A stretch of 53,722 nt of DNA, filler included, from Circinaria calcarea (Eukaryota): NCBI GenBank assembly GCA_051942165.1. It is 4 parts of 4 records of this genome, joined end to end, with 100 filler letters (N's around TTAATTAATTAA, not from the genome) between each part and the next. Parts side by side here need not be neighbours in the genome. Positions count along the whole stretch, not along the records: positions 26,955 to 40,289 come from JAVECS010000510.1; positions 40,390 to 53,722 come from JAVECS010000511.1; 2 more parts are not named here. One strand, written 5' to 3'. The notes under the pieces are model-generated. The model was given only the letters and a program-made list of their open reading frames with translations, ran no database searches and was not told where the DNA came from. The number at the start of each line of letters is the position of its first letter. Within the stretch, counting starts at the first letter, position 1. Below are positions 36,934 to 48,188 of the stretch, piece after piece. The position numbers and the translations under genes are program-made.

Positions 36934-38924
36934 TCAACCTTTGCTTAATGAGTTTATAAGCTCCTTTTGCTGCTCCAGCAAGAGCATGAGCTCCACATGT
37001 CGCTGCTTGCTCTCCTCCTTCTCCTGAGCCAGCTGCTGCTTGCTCTCCTTCCTAAGCTGATTTTCCCGTTGCTCCGATTCCTGCTTCTGCCGCTCGAGCT
37101 GCTGCAACAGCTTTGCCACGACCTCCGCGTCGTTTCCAGAATTGAAATTCAGCGATTGCGCTTTTAGCAGATCAACTTGCGCTACGAGTTGATGGAGTTG
37201 TCGTTTGTATTGCTCGTTTTCCTTTTCCAGCAATTCCTTCGTTGCTTTTCGCTTTTTGGAGCCTGTAATGTTTTGCGGTGTAGAAGCGCTGGCCGCCATC
37301 TCCTGCGAGTTGGGCTGTTGAGATTCCAGGTCTGTGCTGCTAATAGAACCGCCAACTGAGGTCGGAGAACGTAGGTTCGAGCCTTGAGAGGCTTGATCAA
37401 GCGATATCTTGTCGATGGCGGAGCAAATCAGTTTGTGGAGTTTCGGCATGAATTCGAAATAGACGTTTAATGTGAATTGATAAGCCGTCCACTTATCTCT
37501 GCCGTTTTGGGCGGTAAAATCAAAACTGTGGATAGGATGACGATAAAAGGTAGCCGCCCGGTCTTTGATCAGAGCATAGTGGCCATAGATCCTTACGATT
37601 TTGGCATCATGTGAGATGGAAAACGCAAGTATTTCCTGATTAAGCTCGTCCTCGCGTTTTACAAGCTTAAAGAGCTCCACGATGCCTCGCACGGCCATAG
37701 TCATGCTATGCGCATTTTGCTTATCGGCAACATCAATGTCTCCGACTGTACATTTCGCCTCACAGGCGAAGAACGGGAAATACATCCTCCAAGTGGCTAA
37801 AAAAAAGGAAAAGTACTCGATGGGGACACGACTTCCTATGTAAGGCATTAGATGTTGAAGCTGATCGTCCGTAAATGCGGATCGACGGAATCCCACACAG
37901 CGATCTGGCTGAGGACGCGTTTTGGTAATAGGAATTGACTCGCCCCAGCGCTCGTTAGTATTAAAAACGAGATGTTCGAGTTCGACAGCACCATATGTTT
38001 TGAGAGTTTCAGGAGACGGAGCAATTAATGGCGATATATCCTCGACGACCCTGGCTTCGTTTCGATTGTGTACTTTATTGCATGTTTCCTCGAACAAATC
38101 ATAGCGGAAAAGGCTGTCCTGAGGAAAGTCTTGCCCCGCAGTTAGTAACTCCTGACAAATAAGTTCGCTGTTGTTGGTGATGCCTTCTGGCGATTCACGT
38201 AGATAACTTCCTTGATCTGCAAGTTCAGTCTCGTAACCTGCGCTTCTGTAAGGTAGGCTTTTGTCCTCGGTCTTTTCCGTGGGCGCGACAATGCTCGCCT
38301 CCAGTGCTTGACGGCGAAGAGAAGCAGTAGACTTCTTTCTCGCAAGAAGAAGGTTGGTCATCCTATCTGCTTCAGAACCCCTAGCCAACGTGTCGGCTTT
38401 AATATCTTGCCAAGTCTGATCGCCTGACTCGAAATATTCTTGAGGCCAGGTCCCTCCTCGGAGCCAATTCTCAACTCGATGGCTGTTTCGATTGTTATCT
38501 TTGCTATCTGCCCGCAGCCGCTTTTCTGAAGGACCTTCTTGAGGAGCTTCTACTTCTTGCGATCGTTCCCGCTTTTGCTCAGGCTTTGGATTTGCTTCGG
38601 ACTCGTAAGGGGGGCAAGAGGGATTAACAGCCTCAGCATCGGGGGGTGGTAAACGGTGTAGTGCCTTCGATTAATTAGTATGAGAACGAAATCGGCTGTC
38701 GCGATGGTCAAAGTACCTTTAGGTTAGGAGGATTGGTCGTCGGTGGAGATGGCAGAAAATACCTTAGCCGGTTACTCCTGCAAAAGGGTTGAAGCCGTTT
38801 CACGAGGCCTTGAGGCCGCTGTCCTATTAATAATCAGATGGAAAAGGCCCAGTATTGAGCACGCCTCACCTTGGGCTTGCCGCCGGGGTTCTTTAGTACT
38901 TGATTTCGCTCGACTACGAGCCAT
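36934..38924 (-). CDS. Fungal PD-(D/E)xK-like protein (resembles DUF7924) with C-terminal coiled coil; 3 exons
   Basis: W..GGTWPQEYFE, RNEARVV..ISPLIAPS.E, NERW, RPQPDRCVGF, YFPFFACEAKC, ADKQNAHSM, ILAFSISHD..VRIYGHY; two upstream introns join in frame from ATG 38924. Confidence 0.8.
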
Positions 38925-39237
38925 GGCGATCAAAAAAACCAAAGGCACGAAATAGTAAACCATGCCGGGTTATAAATTCAAACTGCTTTTGTTTCGCTGC
39001 GGGTATTTTTCGGAATGGCTGTATGTAGTTAGTAGTTGCTAAAATAGCGTGCGCGGCAAAGCGGATTTCATCCAGCCCTTTTGGTGAGGGGAACAACATT
39101 TTTGTGTGAGGTGATTTTTTTCAAATTAATCAACAACACCACGGCGTATTGAAACTCTGAGAAGGCCATATCAAAAAGCTCATTAATAGCTATAATCCAC
39201 CAGAGCCAATTTTCATTGGTATTTCGCGTTGACTGTA

Positions 39238-39833
39238 AGGCTCTACCCGAGAACCCCTACGAACCCCACGGGGGAACTATTTACCGAGGTCACGAGGTAT
39301 TGGTTTGGCGAGGAAGATTTTCTAATTTCATACCCCACCCCGAAATTCTAATGATTGACCTTCTGTTAGTGCAACGTGGCTATTATTAAGATCACTACGG
39401 AAGGTCGCTGTCACTGCCGTAAAGACCCACTATCGCAGAGGTCACTGTCGCAGAGGTCACTGTCGCAGAAGTCACTGTCGCAGAGGTCACTGTCACCAGT
39501 GGCATTACGATAATAGCATTGCGATAGTGGCATTGCGATACACTGGCATTGCGACACACTGGCATTGCGACACATTGCGACACAGTGCGACAGCGACTCA
39601 CTGAAACCGCGATAGTGAACTTAGCCTATTAACCTCGGGCCGGGTTCTTAGGCTAATACCCTCCTGACAGCGGTGTGCTCTTCGGGGTACCCCCTGAATT
39701 CTGGGGTGGGGTATTAAATTGCAATTTTCCGATATAATGCTTCGTGAGAAAATCTTCCTCGCCAAACCAATACCTCGTGACTTCGGTAAATAGTTCCCCC
39801 GTGGGGTTCGTAGGGGTTCTCGGGTAGAGCCCT
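39238..39833. mobile_element. Non-autonomous long-TIR DNA element (MITE-like), 596 bp
   Basis: 39238-39323 is the reverse complement of 39747-39833 with one indel and one mismatch. An inner ~25-bp IR pairs 39324-39348 with 39696-39720. TA flanks both ends; no transposase is present. Confidence 0.85.
39410..39598 (+). repeat. Internal tandem arrays of the TIR element
   Basis: About 4 copies of GTCACTGTCGCAGAG, then decaying GGCATTGCGA(C/T)ACACT units. Confidence 0.85.
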
Positions 39834-40049
39834 TATAGTTTCTACTGTTCCCTTAAGGGAGCATGAAGAGCACCCGGAGCACGTCACGTGCTGTGTTCCC
39901 GGTACTCCTATGTCAAGGCCTGGGAGCACTACTATGGTCGCAGGGGAATCAGCTGTTAAAGTCACGTTAGTAAATCATTGACCAATTGTAATGGCGCGAC
40001 CGGCAAGGCTGGACGCTAGGGCCACTAGCGTGGTATAGGCAGTACGCGT

Positions 40050-40289
40050 TGTACCGGTACCAGCGGTACTGGACGTACTGGACGTACTGGACGTGGGCTA
40101 CGTCCACTACGTCCACCCCTTTCTGGGCGTCTCGTGTAATCATCGAGGATCTATGTAGTCACAGTCCTTTCCGGGTGCGTCATTACACTAGGTTTTCCAT
40201 TCTATACCGCGTGCTCCTTCTATACTATGCTATATGCTATGCTATGTGCTCTTTTCATGCTATGCTATATGCTCTTTCCATGCTATGCT
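40050..40289 (+). repeat. Low-complexity repeats at contig end
   Basis: (GTACTGGAC)3, CTACGTCCA x2 and TATGC-rich repeats running into the gap. Confidence 0.75.
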
Positions 40290-40389
40290 NNNNNNNNNNN
40301 NNNNNNNNNNNNNNNNNNNNNNNNNNNNNNNNNTTAATTAATTAANNNNNNNNNNNNNNNNNNNNNNNNNNNNNNNNNNNNNNNNNNNN
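40290..40389. other. Artificial 100-nt contig spacer
   Basis: N44-TTAATTAATTAA-N44. Confidence 0.98.
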
Positions 40390-40404
40390 GGTCTATACCG
40401 CACC

Positions 40405-40960
40405 ACGGGTTGGGTTGGGTTTTCACGGGTTTGGGTTTTAACCCGTTTTTCGGGTCGGGTTTTGGGTTAAACCCTATTTAATCCGTTTCTGACTACTATA
40501 ATAATTATTATAAATATTATACTATTATGCATGCTGCCCGCTATGCTGCCCGCTATACTGCCCGCCATACTGCCCGCCATGCATGCTGCTGCCATATTGC
40601 TTGCTATGCTGCCTGCTATGCTGCCTACCATGCCATGCATGCTGCTGCTATATTGCTTGCTATGCTGCCTGCTATGGTGCCCGCTATACATATTACTCTA
40701 TATGCTGCATACCATATATGCTGCTGCCATGCGCATAATATGCAGTATGGCGGAATGGCATAGCGGGGCTGCATGGCGGGACGGCATAGCGAGTAGCATA
40801 GCGAATAACATATATATTATGCTTTATGCATTTTTATGCATTACTTTGTGTTTTGCTTCGTGCTTTGATTTGTGCTTTGCTTTGTGCTCTGCTTCGTGCT
40901 CTGCTTCGTGCTTTGATTCGTGCTTTGCTTCGTGCTCTGCTTCGTGCTCTGCTTCGTGCC
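40405..40960 (+). repeat. Repeat relic: GGGTT/AACCC cluster followed by 12-bp minisatellites
   Basis: GGGTTGGGTTGGGTT..AACCCG..CGGGTCGGGTT at 40407-40476, (ATGCTGCCCGCT)-like units at 40527-40730, and (TGCTTCGTGCTC)-like units at 40850-40960. Confidence 0.75.
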
Positions 40961-41075
40961 CTAATAAGCGAATACCGTGTCACAACACAATCAAGTAAGC
41001 TTCTGTGTTATGTCTCTTGCTCACGCAGCACCAGCAAATGACAGTATGATACCACCTCTAAACCTTCACCTCGGA

Positions 41076-41960
41076 TCAACTTCCCCTATCCTTCGGCAAT
41101 GGCAGGGCAATGAAATATACCTGCGCAACAACTACCAGCAACTGCAGTACAGCCAACACGATACTCGCGCTACCGATCCACAGAACAGCCCAGAATGTGT
41201 ACCGCTGCAGTGGGTTCCGCCGGTCCCGCCCCAGGTCCTTCACCTTGCTGGGCTGCTGCGTCATATTTTAGCGGTGCGGTGTCAGCAGCCGGGGCCCGAA
41301 GATAGTGAGGCCGTTGCGCGCGGAGTACGTCTCGAATTCCTGAGGCTGGTCGTAGAGGTCGACCGCGAAGGAGGGGAAGATGGTGCTTGGGAGGAGGGGC
41401 GAGGGCTTTTTGCGACGGCTGAAGCTGAGACGGCGCCAGCGCAAGAGGAGCGGCAAGGTGCAGACGGTAGCGAGGAAGGGGTCGATGTCGTTAATAATGA
41501 TGTCGCTGGAGGGGGAGGAGTAGTGGTTAGTGGTGGAATGATGCCTGTGCGTAGTTGTTGCTGCTGTTGACGGTGACTGACTAAGTAGCTGGCCAAGGAG
41601 CTTACGGGAGCTGGACGACTGTCCGAACAGGAGCCGGTAGGAAAGCAGGACCTCGCGGTATAGGGCGTACGGCTCTTGGCGCGAGTCGGCGTAGTAGTGC
41701 CAGCGGAAGAGCTTAACGGTGATACTAAAGTACACGAGACAAGGGGTTAGGTTCTTGTCAGCGATGGGGATGCTCGCAGGAAAAAGATGAAATGATTGAA
41801 AGTGGAAAGGAAGTGATCATTCCCAGATACAAACTTTTTGAGCACTTTGACATCGTTTTTGCGCAGCACGTTGGTCACGCAGAAGGAGGGAAAGCGGAAG
41901 ACGGAGAGTGTGCGAGTTAAGCGGTCGAAGGCGAGGTGCGCTGTCTGGGCTTCTGCAGCA
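41076..41960 (-). pseudogene. 5'-truncated pseudogene of a fungal protein family with a C-terminal TM helix
   Basis: HLAFD..TRTLSVFRFPSFC, REVLLSYRLLFGQ...SRKL, DPFL..VC, FGPRLL, an in-frame TAA at 41270-41268, then DLGRDRRNPLQRYTFWAVLWIG. The family normally reads LWRD.R..LQWYTFW. Confidence 0.7.
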
Positions 41961-41964
41961 AGCA

Positions 41965-42410
41965 TGCCTCTTCTTTGTATGACAAACTGGCCGCACGACA
42001 TGAGGAAGAGTATGCAGATAACTCCGAACAGAATGCCACGCTTGACTGGTTGCTCTCTCATCTGAAGCAGAACAGCATGATACTTGACCTTGGATTAGGG
42101 ACGGGAAGACCGACAGCGGAGCGGCTGGCCAATGCAGGACACGATGTCACCGGGATATAGGGTATGGAGATAAGGGGATAAGGGGATGGGGTGAAGCAGG
42201 ATAGAGGGATCGCGGGTTTGATGTGGGTTGCAGGTTAACTCAGGGGGTTAAGCGGGATGGATCGACGGGGGCAAGGGAAGAGGAGGGTAGGGGTTGGGCG
42301 GCTGGGCGGGGCATAGGAAGTGATTTTTCTCATCCCTTTCCTCTTTCCCCTTTCCCGAGGAGGACTATGTGTGCAGGAAAAGAAGATGAGGAATACGTCG
42401 GTGATGGCCT
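41965..42410 (+). pseudogene. Class I SAM methyltransferase fragment
   Basis: LYDKLAARHEEEYADN...LDWLLSHL..NSMILDLGLGTGRPTAERLANAGHDVTGI* (motif I followed by a stop); downstream sequence is decayed and the 3' limit is approximate. Confidence 0.65.
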
Positions 42411-42981
42411 ATAAGGAATAATTAGCGCTAATTGTCTGAATCACTGAACTTATGTACCGTTATAAGACCCGTGTTAGCTGGTATAACCAACGTTACCTTG
42501 CTATTTACACACATGTTCTCCGTTTTACATAATAATGTCCTCCCTTACAGGTATCCGAATTTCTGCTTCTTAGCTATTGTGTTCCTCAATGCGTGACCGT
42601 GCCCCTAATTATACATTCCCAAGTCTTGCACTTATATCTATATTGCAACTCTGAGTTTTTAGTCTCTTTCTCTACGTATATAGAAATAGGTGCCCAGTGT
42701 AAGTTAAGGAAGCCGCGCGAGCTATATTGATTTCCTTCTCATTCCCGAGATGTTACCTGTTATATATGCATCCTTAATATGCGTTCGTGGTCCTATGTGA
42801 TATAATATAGAAGTGCTGGAGTTGGTTATAACAAAACGTCATACCGAGGCCTAACCCTCCTCTAAACGAATGAGGAATCGCGTTGATCAGAGGTGTAGGG
42901 CCGTGCCACCCTTTACTTCATTATTCATGTGTAGGGACAAAGTGGGCTTGATAATAAAATCTAACACTTTTTATCATGCAG

Positions 42982-43195
42982 GAAGTTGCAGGAACAAAAA
43001 ACGACCCAGTTGCTTCCATAAGCTTCACCTGCATCTCTTTCATCGGCTAGAAAGTAAAAGTAAGCCTGAGCCTCTAAATCTTAAGCGTCCTGAAGTTGCA
43101 GGAACAAAGGACGATCCAGTTGCTTCCATAAGCTTCACCAGCATCTCTATTATCAGCCAGAAATAAAAGTAAGCCTGAACCTCTAAATCTTAAGC
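42982..43195 (+). repeat. Tandem duplication with 110-bp period
   Basis: GAAGTTGCAGGAACAAA...CCTCTAAATCTTAAGC occurs at 42982-43086 and 43092-43195 with scattered mismatches. Confidence 0.92.
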
Positions 43196-43358
43196 CTGCT
43201 TTCTTCACGATAACTAGGGTAAAGCTGACCGGAAGGTGATTGAGATTAGCAACAGCGTCTTTTCCGAGCTTATTCAATACCAAGGTATCTCTATGCATAT
43301 GCCTTCTACGGGTCTTCAGTAATAACATTAATAGTTTGTCCCTCCTCTTCGAATCGGG

Positions 43359-43823
43359 ATGTCAAGACTTCAGCGACCTCTTATGTCGACTCTCAAATGC
43401 ATGAAAGACCCAGCTGTGCAAACAGCTGTCCAAACAGCACTTGGGATACTCGGGATCTGTCTGCCAATATGGTTGGATACAAGATTCAAAAAATTGGATG
43501 TAAGATTCGATAAAATGGATGCAAGATTCGATAAAATGGATACAAGATTCGATAAAATGGATACAAGATTCGATAAGATGCAAACAGATATGGATGAAAA
43601 ATTCAACACGGTGTATACATCCATGAATGCACTCAAAGCAAGTCTTGAATCGAAGATGGACAGCCATCGCTGGGAAACATTACAAGTCTTTGCGCAATTC
43701 TGCCCAACTAAGCAATGTCGCGAAATGTTTGGACAAAAATCACAAATGTTAAGCAGGCAGATCAAGGGGCCGAAGGTAATTCCTTCTTTACTTCTTACCA
43801 ACCTTGGTTTATTGCAGGAATAG
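43359..43823 (+). CDS. Small protein with a hydrophobic segment and (RFDKMDT)n heptad coiled coil
   Basis: 154-aa ORF; about 5 copies of a 21-bp unit (ACAAGATTCGATAAAATGGAT) at 43479-43583; a possible terminal intron starts at 43776 (GTAATT). Confidence 0.6.
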   Translation: MSRLQRPLMSTLKCMKDPAVQTAVQTALGILGICLPIWLDTRFKKLDVRFDKMDARFDKMDTRFDKMDTRFDKMQTDMDEKFNTVYTSMNALKASLESKMDSHRWETLQVFAQFCPTKQCREMFGQKSQMLSRQIKGPKVIPSLLLTNLGLLQE

Positions 43824-45416
43824 TATTAATTTGAATATAGTGATGAGATACCAACGATGTTCAGCAAGAGTCTATGGAGGCGATTTGTCAAACCTTTTAG
43901 GTTAGCTCCTCGGGCGTATGTTATTCCGAGCGCCCACACGCACACATAGATAGATTCTCTCGCTGCATTACACACGCAGCATAGCAGACCATACACACAG
44001 TTGCAGCAGAAGTCATTCTCTCACTCATTCATCGATGCCACATAGTGACGCCGTAGCTTGACACGATTGTGTAACCTTTTTTTTTTTAATCTTCGACTTC
44101 AAGGGGTAGTTACATGAGAAGAACGCGGTGACTGAAGGACAGAGCGATCCAGGGCAAACTCATGAAACCATTATTACCCACTACAATTCCCCGCCCTTCG
44201 TTCGAAACCCCCTATTTGATATCGAATCGGGGAGCTTTCTAAACCCTAATCTCGCAAGAAACTCTCCAAGTCCCACCCCCCCCCTTCCCCTTCCCCTTTC
44301 TGCCCTCTCCTTTAGTAAAGCCTGCACGAAACCCTCTTCTCTCGAAGCCCGCCCTCACACCGCCGTCAAGAGACTTCAAACATTCCTACCCATCCATTTA
44401 GCGTCAGCTCTGAACCCCATTCCCCCCCACCACCAGTACTCACACTTACTCTACCCCCTTCCTAACAGGCTTAATTTTTCTCCTGGGAGAAACCCACATC
44501 TTTCCTCGGAGCAAAGCGCAATAGTGCCATGCTGACTCATACCGTATTTCGCTGGATTCATCCCAGCGTCGATGTCGTCTTTTCATGGTGATGATCTCGC
44601 CTTTTTCGGGCCGTTGAGGACATTAACTCGATTCTACCATTCGCGCCAGGGCTGGACCGGCTCGGGTTGCATGGTCATATTTGCCTTGGGTGTTGAGGGC
44701 GGTGAGATGGTGAGTTGATGAGGTGGTATGGAAAAGAGAAAAGGGGAAGTAGAGAGGAGAGGAAAAGGCGAGGAATATAGAAGTGCGGGACAGAAGCTGC
44801 TGGATTATAAACAGTCACTTTGCCTCACTCTCTGCGCGATGGGGGCGACATGCAGGACCCCACCTCCCTCTCCCCTCCATATCAGCACACCATAGCAAGG
44901 CGATGAATGGGACGAATAAATAGGTTCAGCGCATGCGCCTAAAATCAAAGCTTTGGGTAAAATTACTTCGGCAAAATCAATAGCTATTTTAAAATTTAAA
45001 ATTTATAAAAGCAAGTTTATTTACCTAAGCGATAAAAAAGGTAATGTAGTGGAGCCAAGGCGACTAATGGCTGGGCGCGCATATGAAATGGGCTGGCAGG
45101 CATGCTTTGGAAAGTGAGGTTTGGTTGTTGTGGAGATGAGAAGAGAGGAGAGAGTGTTTGAGCATGGGAACGCACGCACGCATGAACCCGTAGCCAAGTA
45201 AGGTAGGTGACACGTGACTCGGTAAGCCCCTATTCTATGCCTTCCAAGTATATACCTCCCCCCCCCCCCTTCCGCTCGCTCGCTCCCTCCGCTTATGATC
45301 TGATCATCCCCCTTTTCATATCCCTCGCAAACCTAGTGAGGCCTTACCCACATCTTTTTTTTAAAAAATAAAAATAAAAATAAAAAGATAAAAAGACGTC
45401 CTAAATCCTTAAACCT

Positions 45417-47248
45417 TTAAACCATCTCCTTATGCTCCAACTCCCCCATCTCCTCCTCAATTTCCCCCATCTTTGCCACCCGACTCCCGCGCCTCAGCAT
45501 GCGTGGATCAATCGAACTGTTCCTTCTGAGTTCCCTCTGCTGGTACTCGACATATGACTGCGGCCGGTGGGGTGCAATGGCTTCCTTGTCCGTGCAGACG
45601 ATGACATTGTGGTTTTCGCGGAAGAGGCGGTCAATGTCCTCGAGGGTGCGGTCGGCAGTTTCCGGGTAGAAGAGGTAGACAATGGGCACGAAGGCGGCGT
45701 TGAAGACGACCCAGATGATGTAGAAGCGCCAGCCGAGGTTTTGGATGCCAATGGGGGTGATTTCGACGACTTTGCAGGGGAAGGGATGTCAGTTGGGGAG
45801 GTGTTTTCCGGGGAATGGGAATTGAGGGAAAAGGGGGAGGGGGGGAATTGTGAGGCTTACCCATGAAATTAAAAGCCCAGTTGGTGGCGGTACCTATAGC
45901 GGCTCCTTTCGTTCGCATACTAAGAGAGTTGATTTCCACCGGGTAGAGCCAGGGAACACCCTGCCAGCCTATACCGAAAAAGACATAATAGAGAAAGAAG
46001 AAGGCGATCGAGGCGGATGCTACTTGCTTCGAATTTGGATAACCCGGGAGTTCGTTGTATCGAAGGAGGACCGTGATAATCAGGTAACAGAAACACTGAC
46101 CCGCGGCTCCGTACATCATAAGACGGCGGCGTCCCCATCTTTCAACATTGGGAATGGCAATCAAGCTAAAGAGAAGGTAAGAAACCGAGTTGCAAGCGGC
46201 AAGTAGACGAGCAAGACTGTTGTCCAAGCCGACCGAATTGATCAGGACGGTAGGTAGGTAATATGAGGTGACATTAATGCCAGCCAGTTGTTGCATTGCT
46301 TGAGTGCCGGCGCCTAGAATTAACCTTCGTAAGGTGCAAGTACCACCTTCAGCCCCTGTTTTGCCACGTAAAAGGTCGAGCCAGCCGACCCCATGCTCCC
46401 TCTCATATTGAACGGCAAACACGATTTCTTTGTGCTCGGTAAGAATGTAGGGATCATCGACCTGTTTATTTTCCAAGTCTGCCAGTATCTGGAAAGCTTC
46501 GTCTTCATGCTCGTGAGCAATCAACCATCTGTATCACGTCATTGAGCTAAAGGGGAACAGAACGTTGCTTCTGACAAACCTTGGAGATTCCGGTAGCCAC
46601 GGGACGGTGGCGAAAAGGATTATGATAAAGACCAATTGGAAGGCAAGAGGGAACCTCCACGAAATCGGCCCCCCGACGAATGAAAAGCCATAAGTCATCC
46701 AATTAGACAAGGAGAATCCGGCAATGTTCAAGATCATCTCAATGACAACCAGCTTCCCTCGCCACTTCACCGAAGAAGTCTCTGACTGCCAAACCGGGGC
46801 CGTGGCCGTGTTGATGCCGTTACCTATTCCCGAAACAATCCGGCCAACAATCATTTGCGGGACGCCGAACGCTGCAACCTGGAGGATTGCACCGATCGTC
46901 ATAATACTGGTCCCCACCAAGATGGTCTTCTTCCGGCCGAGTTTCTCTCCCAGCCAAAAGGAAATCACGGCGCCGAAGAAGCAGCCAACATCGTATATGG
47001 CAGTGACCGTTCCTACCAACGACGTATTCTCGGGTCCGTTAAGGTTCAGTGTATCCAGAAAATCGGGCGTAACAATGACTCCGCCTTTGACTCCCGAGTC
47101 AGCAAGATGGATGATCCGGAAGCACTTTGAGAATTGCAGACATACCGAATACTCCTTGATCGTATCCAAAGAGGGTCATGTCAGTTGAACAAGCCACGCT
47201 AACCCAAAAGGTCAGCCATCCCCCTTTGAGGCCGAAATAGGGTTGCAT
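45417..47248 (-). CDS. MFS sugar porter (Stl1-like), 4 exons
   Basis: LFGYDQGVFG, LGRKK, GRIVSGIGNG, PVWQSET, WRFPLAFQ, LPESPR, QQLAGIN, ERWGRR, PWLYPVEI, YPET..RTLEDID. Confidence 0.94.
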
Positions 47249-48188
47249 GGTAGTGGGAGGTGTGGTCCACGGGTCAGATAAAGGGCATGCAGATAGATGA
47301 GACCTCGTGGGGCTGCCAATGGCTTTGTACCAGAGATTGGAGCGGGGACAGCCATCTCGCAAACACAGGCGGGGGAGATGCTTTCGCACAGTCTCGTCCG
47401 GTCCAACGTCATTGTTCAACTCTCTCGCTCAGGCGGTGCCTATCGGATTTTTAGATTGACAGTCAGACGTCTAAGCCGTTGCAGCCAGTGATGCAATCTG
47501 CATTCCTCGGCGGTATCTCTTTGCGGGGAAACCAACGATCGCTTGCACATCTCCCGCTTTATCTTATCACCGAGCCGTTTCTAGCAAAAGCTTGGGTTTT
47601 TGACTTTACCAATGACCCTTGAACCGCTCAATGACCAGACTTATAACATAAAATTAAAACTTACTTTTAACTCCAAAATCAAAATTGATCTGAATTCGAA
47701 GATCAATCATGCGGATTTCCGTCCTAACATAACGCAATATGTACCCTCGATAATAATAATTGACTGGTAGCTAATTCCTGCAGTTCTGTTCCCTGCTGCT
47801 GCTGCTGCTAACCCCAGGCCCACCCGGAAAGTGGCATTGACAGCCTATGCAGGAATTATAAGTTTATATATGAGACGGTAGCTAAAGTATTTATTCTACT
47901 GGCTAGCATAGATGCGAAATTTGGACATGCAACTGCGACAGAAGTTCAAGCGTTGACATGCCATTTAATTGAAAGGGCCCTGTCAAGCTCGGCAAACTTC
48001 AATGGCTGTAAAATACAAGTTCCCCTTCCGGTAGACACGGATGATTATCTACAACACCTTCCCCCTCCCAACACATCGAACCTGATTTACAACGCCAAGC
48101 CATGCCTGTCGCTATGCAATCCCAAATGGTTTGGTACAAAAGCAATCTCGAGAGAGAAGTGTCGCTGATTTATGAAAGTAACCTTACT

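Noticed and set aside
39410..39598. CRISPR-like array
   Set aside because: The repeats are contiguous with no unique spacers, there are no cas genes, and the context is eukaryotic.
40467..41041. ORFs with LPAM, ALLR or CSAS repeats
   Set aside because: Stop-free minisatellites are open in several frames and show no protein signature.
4604..45400. A single ~40-kb Starship-like island between the 5S gene and the sugar porter
   Set aside because: It spans three artificial joins between length-sorted contigs, and no DUF3435 tyrosine recombinase is visible.
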